From Paecilomyces variotii (taxonomy: Eukaryota): a stretch of DNA of 64,000 bases. Position 1 is the stretch's first letter; each line of letters opens with the position of its first letter. Below are positions 1-11,407 of the stretch, in pieces. The DNA is taken from assembly GCA_004022145.1 (NCBI GenBank), contig RCNU01000024.1, one strand, 5' to 3'. The notes under the pieces were generated by a model. That model was not told the DNA's origin. It made no database searches and saw only the letters and a list, made by a program, of their open reading frames with translations. The position numbers and the translations under genes are program-made.

Positions 1-3000
1 AAGGAATAAGATTAATACTAGACTATCTAAAGAATCTTATTATAGGTAATAATTTATAGCTAAAAGAGAAAGAATTATTAATAAAAGGTGCTTTTTGCTT
101 AAAAAGCAGTCTTTATCTAAATCTTTAAAAAGATTAAATAAATGCGCCTAAAAGTTATACCTCTAATTATTATTTAAACTATAGATTATAAACTATAGCA
201 GACAAAAAGCTTTCTAGTACTAAAGGCACTCTATAATATAATATAAGAAATAATAAAAGAGAGGATAAATATAGAGATCTTTAAATATAGTTAAGGATTC
301 TACTAAAATTTATAGTTTTTAGTAAAAAAGAAAAATAATAAATATTAGCTAATTAATACAGTTATAAAAGTTAATTAAATAATAATATAAGATATTAATC
401 TGCCCTCTTTAGCTAATAAGTTCTTAGAAGAGTTTAATAAAATATTAATATTAATACTTATAGACTTATTCTCTAGGTATAATTAATTAGAGTTAGCTAA
501 AGAATCGCGGGACTTAACAGCTTTTTATATACTAGAGATTAATTTAGTTTATTAAGCTAGATTACTCTAAGGATAGATAAATATAGTATAAGAATTTATA
601 TAAAAAATTATATAAATATTGGTAGATAATATTCTTAATATCTATAATATATTTCTAGATAATATGCTAATATAAGGACCTAAGACTAATTATAGGGGGG
701 AAGAGATACTGCTAGAAATTAGAAGGTTTATATTTAAATATATCTAGAATATTAATAAGATATTATATAGTCTTAAACTTGCAGGTTTAATAATTATTAA
801 GGAAAAATTATAATTTATAATATTAAGAATTAAAATAGTAAGCTATATATATAATACTAAGAGAAGATATCCTAAGTTAGCTAAGATAATTAAGATCTTA
901 GAATAGCTATCTTATTAGAATTTATAGGAAGTAAAAAGATTTCTAGGGATTATAGCCTATTACTAGATATAGATTAAAGGATATATTACTAAAGCTAAGC
1001 CGATATATTTAATACTAAGGAAGAGATAAGACTTTTTTAAGGGCTAAAATAATAAGAAGTAATAAATATTTTAAAAATAGCCCTAATAATAGTATTAGCA
1101 CTTAAGCCGATTAATTATAGAGAGGGAGATATAATTATTATTAATACTGATATTAATAACAGTAAATAAGGGGCTTAACTTGCTTAAGAAGAAAAGGAGT
1201 TTAATAAGAGATACCCAGCTAGATATAAAAGTAAAGTATAGATATAAGTAAAGAAGTAATATAATAGAGAAAAGCTAGAGTATAGGATAATATTAAAGGT
1301 ATTTTATAAATTCTAAGTATATCTATATAATATATATTTTTAACTAGAGATAGATATAAAAACTTTAGTAATATAACTAAATAGGACAGCTATAGACCTT
1401 CTTAGGTTAATAATTATTTAATAGATTGCTTAGATTTAGCTATTTAACTTTAATATTATCTATATATTAGGAAAAAAAAAACTTAATTATAGATAGATTA
1501 TCTTAGAAGCTAATAATAAAATAAGATTTAGAAGAGGCAGAAAATAATAATATAGAGGAATTCTTAAACTTATAGTTTTATATAGTCTATTATATTAGTA
1601 TATAAGAGATAGAATTAAATAGTATCTCTTAGTTAATACCTATATTATATTAATTAGAAAAGTCTTTATTAATTGTAGAATAATTATAAACTATAATAAA
1701 ACTAGATAATATAGATAGAGAATAGTATATTAAATTTAAGAAAAAGGCCCTAAAATATATAGTCTAAGATAGTATGCTTTTTTAGAGAGTATAATAAAAT
1801 TAGCCTTACTATATAGTTATTAATAACGAGAAAAAGTAAAAGGAAATTCTTATAGCCTTTTATAAAGAGTATAGATATTATAAATATAAAGCAATTTATT
1901 AAAAGGTGGCTGATTAATATTAGTAGAAAGGCCTATATAAGTATATTGCTAAATAGGTAAAGATATATAATAAATATTAGAAAGTAGATAAAGAATATAT
2001 AGAAGAAGCTTTATAGTTAATATTTATTCTATTAGGAAGATTAAAGCTATACCTAGATATCTATAAGATTATGCCGCCTAGTAAAGGAAAGACTTATATT
2101 ACTATACTTTAGGATAATTTTAGCTAGGTTAAATATAGAGTCTTTAATAGCCCTATTTTAGGAGTTATTACTAAATTCTTATAAAAAGATTAAATTTATT
2201 ATTAGGGAATAATAGAAACTCTTATTAATAATAGAGGACTAGAAAATAAAGCTATAATTAATATATTAGTATAGAAGTATAAGATTAACTATATTAAAAT
2301 CTTATTATATAACCCGCAAGCAAATAGAGTAATTAAAGTTATATATAAGTCCTTTATATATAATATCAGAAAATTTATAAAAGAAATAAGGGTAAATTAG
2401 GTAAATTATTTACTAATAATAATCTAGGTAGATAAGAATATAGTTAAGACCTCTATAGGCTTAATACTATTTAAAATAATTATAAGATATAATGCTGTAC
2501 TATTAATTGAACTAGAAGTACTTACTTAAAAAACTTTAACATAGGATAAGGTTAAGACTATAAAAGATCTTCTACTCCTTTATATATAATAAATAGAGCT
2601 CTGAGATTAGGATATAGAAGAGGCCCGATTTTATATCTAATATATAAAAGAAGCTAATAAAAAAGTCTTTAATAATAAAAAACAGCTTTATAAAGAATAA
2701 CTAATAAAAGAATAGCTTATTCTGCTTTATAATATAAAGCTTAAGATATCTTATTCTATAAAACTGGTATATTGCTAGCTTAGACTATATAAAATTAAAG
2801 AAGTCCTTAGGAAAGGATCTTATAAGCTTAAAGAGTTAAATAATATATCTTTTAGGGACCTAATTTATAAGAATTACTTAAAAGGCTATTATTTATAAGA
2901 GAATTAAAATAAAATATTAACTGTAAGTAATAATATAGCACCTAAGCAAGAAAATTAGTAATTAAGTAATAATAATAATAATATAGACTAAATACTACCT

Positions 3001-3040
3001 AGATCAGAATATATAATTATAGTTCTAATACTTTCCTTCT
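1..3040 (+). pseudogene. Degenerate retrotransposon pol (RT-RNaseH-integrase, Gypsy domain order)
   Basis: Recognisable RT/RH/IN motifs interrupted by many TAA/TAG stops consistent with C>T / G>A RIP changes. The end coordinate is approximate. Confidence 0.9.
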
Positions 3041-6000
3041 AAAAATATTAGCTTAAAAAGAGAGAAATAAAAAGCTAATAATAAAATAAGTTTAATACTA
3101 AATAAGAAGTTAGTTTAAAAGGAGAAGAAACAGAAGGATAATAATAAAATAAATATTAGTACTATAATAAGAAGAAAAAGAGAATAAACTTAAGATAAGG
3201 GCGTCTTTTTTAAAGGAGGAGAAGGATTTAAAGATATCTAATAATAATTAAGAAAGAAGAAAAAAAGAAATAACTAAAAAATATATAATATTAGCTTAAA
3301 TATCTTAAAAAAGTCTATAAATAAAGCTAAAAATAAAAAATATTAAATAAAGAATATAAGTAATAAATAAAGAATTCTTACCTTATTATAAAAATCTTAT
3401 TTTTTATATTATATAATATTATAGCGGAAGTAACTAAAGACTAAATTAAGCTAAACTTAACCCTATCTTATCTTTTAAATATATCTTTTTACTTAGAAAC
3501 TATTTTAAAGAGTTATTTTATAAAGATATATATTAAAAATAGAAGAAAATATACTAGAAATATAAAATATTGTCTATTAGAATAAAGCTCTTTAACTTAG
3601 AATATATATATATACTATAGTTAGCAAAATTTATAAGCTTATAAAAAAGATAATAAATAAGGCTAATAATAAAAAAAAAAAGGTTTAGTTTATAAGCGAT
3701 ATAGCAATAATTATTTTAAATTTTTAAAGCAGATATAATAAAGCAGCTAATAATTTTTATAATTTTTTAAACTAATAGGAGCTATTAAAAGAAATAAGAA
3801 AAAAAAAAGTACTAGCTATTAATAAGCTAAAAGAATTAAAAATATAAATAAAAAAGAACTATAAATATGCTAATAAAGATTACTATAAAGCTATAAAGAA
3901 ATAGGGCTAAGAGATTATAAACTAAGTCTTATTAATTATTAAATAGTTATATTAAATCTTAATAGCTATAAGAGGATTAGTATCTAATATTAGAGACTAG
4001 AGAATAGCAGCTATATATCTAATAAGAGCATAGGTTAATAGACTTTATAATATTAGGAAATAAAGAATACTAACTAAAAAGAGCCTTTAACTAACTAATA
4101 TTAGAAAAATAAAAAATATCTTAAAAAAAGCCCTTAGTAAAAAAGGACTAATTTTTTAAAAGCCTACTAATAAAGAGCTATAAGAGGTTAAAATAAGAAT
4201 AAGGAAAAATAATCTTTTAAAAGAGATTATAGGAGAAGAGAAAAGATATTAAATAAAAGATTTAAGTAAGAGCTTATTAATAGATCTAATATTAAATAAA
4301 AGAAAGGAAAATATAAAGAAGGAGGAAAAAGAGAAAAAGAGGATTAAGAATCCTAAAAAGCTAAAAGGGGAAAAAAAGTTTAAGACTTAAAATAAGGAGA
4401 AATAGCTAGAAAAAAGATATAAATATAAGGTTAGCATATCTATATTAATAAAAAAGGCTATTACTAACCTAAAAGGCGAAAAAGTATTAAAATTTTTAAG
4501 GAAAGAAAAGATTAAACCCGCTGCTATATACTAAGTTTATATTAAAAAAGTATAAAGTATAATAAGATTAAGGAGTATAAAAGATAATATTCTTAGAGAA
4601 AAATTAAAAATACTTATAAATAGTAATAATAACCTTAAATCCTAGAATACTAATATAGACTACTAGAAATAGTTTTAAGGGGAATAGAGATTTAATACTA
4701 ACTTTAAGGATTATTACTATTTAGATAAAAAAAAAATTAAAGTATAGACCTGGCTAAGTAGACTAAATATAAGTATTAAAGAGATTAAAGAAGTCTTGCA
4801 ATAGGTTAATTTAAGAAAGATTAAATTAATCTATAAGCTATATATATAATTATTGGCCAATATAATTAATATAAGGGAGGATATATCTATAAAAGAAGCC
4901 AGAGGAATATTAAAAATAGTTAAAAATATAAAGTTGGCGGTAGTAAAGCAATAAAAGAAGGGACTATTTAAAATAATAATTTATCCTTATAAAAGTTTAT
5001 TTAAAAAAATCAAATAGTTTATAAATAAAACCTTTAAAAATAAATAGGTAATAAAACCTCTTAGTAGAGCTTTAAGAATTAATATAAAGCCCTTCTTTTC
5101 TGCAGTAAACCTAGAAGACCTCTTTATTAAGAAAGAAACTAGGTATTTAAAAAATATATAGAATATTAGAACTATATAGTTTAAAAATAATATAAAGGCT
5201 AAGCAGATATTAAATATACCTAGCAATAGCTAGATTAAAAGAAGGATAAAGAGTCCTATTTTAAGAAGTCTTAAAAGTATAGAAGATAGAAATAATATAG
5301 AAATTAAAGAATCCTTATTTAAAGACTTTCTCCCTAAGAAATCCCTAGTATTAGGAATAGTTTAACTATTCAGAAATCTTAGGTTAATTAATATAAATAT
5401 TTCTAGTAATATATCTAGCAGCTTATACTATAAAGCCTAAGATAACCTATATAAAGCTAAAAAATATCCTAAATCTAAATATAAAGACAGAAAATATTTT
5501 AACCTAAATAAAGAAGACTTTATCTTAAATAAGATATAGGACTAATATATCTAATTAAATATTGTAATAAAAAAGGACTTTAATTATTAAGAAGTAAATA
5601 GGGTTTTCTAAATTATACTCTTTAAAAAGAAATTAATAAAAGAGATATTATAATATACTACTATAGAAGTAAAAGTAGCCTTTTATTATAAAAAAAAGAA
5701 TAAAAAATTAATAAGGCTTAAAAATTTATCTAGAAGTATTTTCTAAAAAGTTATTATATAAGATATCTAGATCTATTTAATCTAGTTAGCGCTATATAGT
5801 TATAGTAAATATAGGCTATAAGTCTGCTATTTTAAGAGATATAAGCTAAGAGTATTAAATATAGAGTCTACAATCTTTAAGGGAGGAATAGGCTAGAGCT
5901 TTATAACCCTAGGAACTAGACTAATTACTAGAGATAAGTCTAAGGAAATTATAGGTTTAAAAGATATTATACTTAGGCGGGGAGAAATAACCTTTATTAA

Positions 6001-6419
6001 TAATCTATATTAGCTAGTACTAGAGAATTAGGGAATAGATCTTAATAATATCTATTATTTTAATTATAGGGAATAAAATAAGATAAGATTTAATTAAAGA
6101 GAATCTAGGCCTTTTAATATCTAAATAAATAGAGTTATAGTTATAGGCAAAGTAATACTTAGTTAGCTAAATTAGGATTATTTAGAAATTAAAATAGAGC
6201 TATACTTTATATTAAAGCAAGATATATTATTAATTTAAGATTATCTATAGAGGAAAAGAATTTAGCTTTATAAGTTAGGGGTTTTAAGGTATATATAATA
6301 TTAGAAATTAGAGTATTTCTGCTTTAGGAATAATTTATAATATTAGAAGGAGGAGATAGTATAGATTATAATAATTAAAGAAGGTAGATAAGGATATTTA
6401 CTCTTAAAAAGGGGGAAGC

Positions 6420-6758
6420 TATATAATAGGAAGGATCGGTATAAAGAATATAATTAGTTAAGAGGTTATATGCTTTTGCTTAAAGTCTTTAAAAAGTCTA
6501 TAAATAAAATAGGAGAGGAGGAAGAATAGTAAAAAGATAACACCTTTTAGTTATTTAGAATAAAATAATTAGTTTTTTTTTTTTATTATTGTTTAGTATT
6601 AGTTTAGTATTAGACTATTATTAGTTTATTATATTAGTTTATAGCCAGAGCTTTTTTTCTAGCTCTACTCTAAGCTCCGAAGCTAAATACCCTTCTCTTC
6701 CTTCTTAATACTTACTCGCTTAAAGACTCTATGCTGAGTCTTAATATGTCTTCACACA
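6420..6758 (+). repeat. 3' LTR (~339 bp)
   Basis: Follows the polypurine tract AAAAAGGGGGAAG (6406-6418). It starts TATATAA (the RIP product of TGTGTGA) and ends TCACACA, giving inverted TG...CA termini. It contains a TATA box (6499-6505) and a T-rich tract. Oxidase pseudogene sequence resumes immediately after 6758. Confidence 0.75.
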
Positions 6759-8580
6759 ATAATATAAGCCGCCGGCAGGTGTCTAGTTTCTCCACACAGG
6801 CTTAATTATTATCTTATACCACTCCGCTCTAATTGCCAGAGCCTTTGCTATATCTACTATAGTATTAATTAGTGCACTATAAATTATAAGATATATATAT
6901 ACAATACGCCAGGCAGAATGCATACTTCTATATCTTTCCTACAGCGTATATGTAGTTCCCTAGCCCTCTTATAATCTAAACAATACTATAGAGCTAGCTT
7001 CCCCGCTTAATTCTAGGATCTGCTGTAGATAGAGAATTAAATCTTCTTTAACAATATTAGTTAGCTCCTTTCTACCCAATAGGCGACTTATTATTAACCC
7101 GCTTAATCCACTTAACTGGCTGGACAGAGGATTTAGCTTAGTAGACTCCTAATAGGTTTTCGCAGATAATAGTTAAGCAAGGACTATAACTGGTCCGCTA
7201 GTAGCTCTATAAATCTTAGATACTAGGCTATTAACTGTGGCATTCATATGTTTAACAATAGAGTTAAACCCGATAAAACTAAGTATCACAGCAGGTCCAG
7301 TAATAGACTTATTCAAACCCAGATATATAGCGGCTTCTGCGCCTATTAATACTATAATAGAACCTATCAGACTAGAGTCTATAAGATCTAGGATCTAACT
7401 CGCAACCTCAGCGAGGATAGCCCAAGAGTTATAGTTGCTTACATTAGACCCTTAACTAATATAATAGGAGAAGCCGCCGCTGACTACATTATTAGGAATA
7501 AGATATATTTTAAAAATAAATTTAGTTATTACGCCGAACTAACCTCCTGCTTCGCCGCAGATAGCCTAGAATAAGTCCTAATTTATTACAGTGTTTACTA
7601 TCAGATATTAGCTATCTATTATTATTACAGTCGCCTGGTGCAATTAGTCTAAGGCAAGACTATAAATGCTCGAGAGAAGTCCGTGACTACTATTCTAGAT
7701 AAGGCCTCCTAGACTAATAATCGCATCCTCCCCTCTAATAATAATTTAGTTCACTTAATGCACTGCAGTATAAGTAAATCCCCAATTATTTCTACTACCA
7801 AATATCATTATATCTACAGTACTATTCCTACTAGGCAAACGCCACGCCGGCTAATATTTAGCATAGTTAAGGTTTCGCATCTAAATCAACAATAAGTATA
7901 CACCCATAGAGCTAAAATATAAATAAAATCAGTTTCCGCAGGTAGGAAGTAAAGGAAGTAGCACCTTTTTATTTTCGGATTCTTATATACCGGCCGCTTA
8001 AATCATGCCCCGTCCCCTTAATAACAACACAGATATTTCTTTTCGACGCCTATTCTAGTGCAGTTATAACCTGCTCCTCCTTTATCATATTCACAATATA
8101 CTATAATAAGCCGCCAATACTGCATCCCCGCTCCTCAATATATCCCTTAACTCCTAGCGGTAAACACAAATTATTAATATAAAGAGAATAGTCGACACTT
8201 TCCGGCCAGGCAGCATAATATTTAGTATATATCCAATACTTGCTTACATCGGTACAATCCTCTGGGGAATTAAATGAGTTTCTAGGGTAGCAGGACAATG
8301 GTGTAGGGGAAGTTTTAATAAAAACTCCGTCGATAGACTTGTTGAGAGCACTCCATTCTTCCGAGGACGGCCAACTAGCATTTTGAGGAGAAGACTTGCA
8401 GTCGGAGGGAGTTGATGCTGCTGAGGGTGGGTCAGTATCCTGTCGGTCGTCTCTGTGGGGTTAAAGACAGAAACGATTCTGCCTAACTTGCTCTATTTTC
8501 ACCCCAAGGGATGGGTAAGAAGTGACAATTGTCAAAATACTCAGATTAATTACAAGAACCGCAATTGACCTACTCAACTA
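6759..8580 (-). pseudogene. FAD-linked oxidoreductase (BBE/isoamyl alcohol oxidase-like), RIP-damaged and interrupted by the LTR element
   Basis: The minus strand reads CKSSPQNASWPSSEEWSALNKSIDG...CSIGGLL*YIVN...ALE*ASKRNICVVIKGTGHDLSGR (covalent-FAD GHD motif). Near 6770 it reads PVWRN*TPAGGLY (start of the BBE domain), then is cut by the LTR. Stops are CAG>TAG / TGG>TAG type. A signal-peptide-like stretch lies at ~8490-8575. Confidence 0.85.
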
Positions 8581-9249
8581 TCATTCGGCACCGGCAGTAA
8601 ACTAGGTATCAACGCCCACGTAATTTCGCGAAATGTCTCGTGCCGCCAGATAACCCTGGTATCTTGAAGTCACCCCAGCCGCTGATCCCTACTTATGTAC
8701 TGCAGATATCAGGATAGCACATGCGGCCGAATAATCTTGGCAGGTATCGCCGGTGGGTACTAGTGGACCCTTGAAAAACTATAAGACCGCGTATTCGTAT
8801 CTTTTCCTTGTTCCGAATATTTCAGGGTATATCTACTGGGTGCATAATGTTTAACATTTTTAACTTATTGACAACAGATATAAGATACATTATTCCTCGA
8901 AGAAATACTATTATCTGATAGGTTTTCTGCGAACAGCTAATATATTATTATACACCAAGGTGCTATTAGCTTTGTTTAGATTAGGTGCTCTTTGACGGCC
9001 TATTGATTATATTTATAGTTAACATAGACAGATAAACTGCAATAGGATTATTCATTATTATTGGCCCTCCACGCACATAGGGTTACCTACTAGAAGCCAG
9101 TCTTCGGCAGAATAAGCCTATAAAGAACCGTTTACAGGTCTGCAACTACCCTGTTTGATAACTACTTAGTGAATTGCATATGCCCTCCCTTAGTAACAGG
9201 AGCTTGAACAGAGAAAAGACGAATCATGGACGTTATCTCTGTGAAGTGG

Positions 9250-9540
9250 CGTCGGCATCTGAAGAACTGAAAAGACAGGATTAGTGATCGGAACCCCCGA
9301 CTATAGAGAAGAGATATATGTGGACTCTGTACGCCTCATGTGCCGTGCTGTCTATAAAAGAACCTCGTCCGTACGGCTCAGTCTTTGCCGTATAAGAACC
9401 CACCGATCAATACGAAAGAGTGTATATCGACGTCTTTGATGCGGCTTTCATAATGATTTCGATCGCGCTTCTTGTTATGTGGCATCCCGAGCTGTTGATT
9501 AACAGGGCTAGGAAGGCTAGCGAGTTTGAGAAGATATGGG
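9250..9540 (+). pseudogene. RTA1-like (lipid-translocating exporter family) C-terminal fragment
   Basis: Frameshifted pieces read MWTLYASCAVLSI...VYIDVFDAAFIMISIALLVMWHPELL, matching the RTA1 TM6-7 pattern (Y.FDA..M......WHP). No N-terminal part was found. Confidence 0.6.
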
Positions 9541-9929
9541 TCTATGGACCAAAAAGGTTGCAACATGCGAGTCTCGGGCCTTTTTCGGGGTCCCTTCCAG
9601 TTCTTGCATCCCTAGTGAGATTTACGGTGGAATTCTTGAGAGTGCATCTTCCTTTTCTACTTTGGATCAGCCATGTGGCGGCAGAGCTAGTTTCTACCAT
9701 GGTGGGTACAAATATTACCCTCATCGATTACCTCGTAAGGACCAGATCATATTCGTTCTATTCTGCCCTAAGTTGGTGACGAAATTAGGCGTGATAACTG
9801 TAAACGCCGCATTCACATGATGTTCAATTCACGAGTGTACAAGCCAATTATTTTTAGTCTTGCGGCATCTTCGCTTATATTGTATCTTGACGGTGTCTTA
9901 ACATAAGTAGCCTTGGTTTCGACATCCTG

Positions 9930-10964
9930 TCAAAATCCTTGGTTCGTCCTAATCCTCTCCCTCCTCCTCATTACGACCCGCAGATTCGCTCTCGCCAAAG
10001 TAACATTATAGAGGAACAAAAATATCCACACTATCCCAACGAGCAAAATGCCAGCCGCGGCTACCACTAAACTCCATGCCGTAAATACCACACTCGCGGT
10101 TTGGAACCTCGGGCTCCTATGCAACCAATCCGTCCCCAGCCCTACCTGCATCGAACTGGCGACGATGCTAAAGAACGCAAACATGGACAACATCCAGGCG
10201 AAGTTTCGATCGAAGAATGCTCTTGACCACGACGACTCTGACATGAACCCGCGAATTAGGTAGCGTGTGCTGAAGACGGACGGCGAGAGGCGGTAGATTA
10301 GGCTTAAGCGAGAGAGCCGGAGCTCGCCATAGTGGTAACGTCCTGAGACCGAAGAGAGTGATTCTGAATCGACGGTTGAGAGGAATGAGGTCATAAAGGG
10401 GACCCATCTTTCCCAGGTGATTGTTCGGGGCAGAAGATTCGAGTCGTGAGCGATGGCTAAGTCTGATTTTGTGCAAATGAGCCACATATATGACAATAGT
10501 GTTCCGCATGCACACTGGTAGAGTGATTGATTGTTGATAAAGAGGGCCGAATTCGATGTCCAGAACTCATGGCAAAGAAGATACTCCGGGAGCGGTTTTA
10601 TAAAGATGCGAGTCGCATGCCAGACGAGATGCTCGTTAGGGTTCTCAGTGATGATAATGCTGCGTCCTAGAAGCCGTTGGCGATGGAGGGGACGCGCCGC
10701 TTTTGGGAGTCCAGCTAGCCAGAGGTGGGGATATATTCTATCGATTGATCGAGTGAGGAGATCTTGATTCAGGAGATCAAGGATTGGGCGTTGAGGGTCG
10801 AAGCCGTAACTTGGGTGATAGGGAGAGAATATCGGTATGCAATATTGGAGTTCGTGCTCTTTTTCAAATGGTGGCGTAAAGTGACTCTACATTACTTGTT
10901 TTCAATGTATGGCTTCAATGGAAATAGAGGGGAGAATACGTACCAAACTCTTCTCTCCTGCCAT
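9930..10964 (-). CDS. DUF6601-like fungal membrane protein (~325 aa, 2 exons)
   Basis: Exon 1 10944-10964 (MAGEKSL), intron 10887-10943 (GTACGT..TAG), exon 2 open 10886-9930. Motifs: PPF, IYPHLWLAG..ARPLHRQRLLGRSIIITENPNEHLVW, IFIKPLP, LLSYMWLI..SDLAIAH, RYHYGELRLSRL, SMQVGL, plus two C-terminal TM helices. Confidence 0.75.
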
Positions 10965-11407
10965 TTCATTCACGGTTGCAGTGTTAAGGACAGAAATCGA
11001 GGCCAGATATCTTGCTAGATCATGAATTTAAGAGCACACAATATGTGGGAAATTCTTACTTTACAGATTTGCATAGGATAATGCTAACACCTTACAGAGC
11101 GCTCTACAGACATAGGGAAAGCTAAAAATGCTGCTCGGTTAACGAGCGCTTTAATAGGCGACAAATCTTTCCGAGGATAACCTATAGGCACCACAATATC
11201 GAAGTTGCGGGAAAAAGGTAATTATAATGGGGTAAGCAGAAGGTAAGCAAAGCAGCTAAAGTAGCGCTCCAATCAAAATTATCTCAGAGGAAACGTGCAC
11301 GCGTACTGTTCGATTGTAACTATGTCTAGCATATTGTTTTACGTATATTTTATGATACCTGTAATAGACCAAAAATATAGAACAACATAACTAGCGTTCT
11401 CATGATA

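Larger units (their letters stand above)
1..6758 (+). mobile_element. RIP-inactivated Ty3/Gypsy LTR retrotransposon (5' part outside the window)
   Basis: Extremely AT/TpA-rich with CpA/TpG depletion (RIP). The + strand still reads as RT (DINLPSLANKFLEEF..., DLFSRYN*LELAKESRDLTAF, RLL*G; catalytic FLDN from FLDD at ~652-663), then RNase H (~1100-1500) and integrase (~1750-2900, with degenerate GPY/F '*LRLYKI' near 2780). PPT and 3' LTR at 6406-6758. Confidence 0.93.

Noticed and set aside
4987..5226. 79-aa hydrophobic ORF in the AT-rich region
   Set aside because: Chance antisense ORF in RIP-mutated transposon DNA; the I/F/L/K composition reflects AT bias.
9536..9820. Overlapping ORFs downstream of the RTA1 fragment
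   Set aside because: No recognisable family in any frame; cannot be supported as a gene.
10887..10892. Apparent ATG-TAG (nonsense at codon 2) of the DUF6601-like gene
   Set aside because: The TAG is better explained as an intron acceptor. A GTACGT donor at 10943 and a 7-codon first exon (ATG at 10964) splice in frame, so the gene is probably intact.
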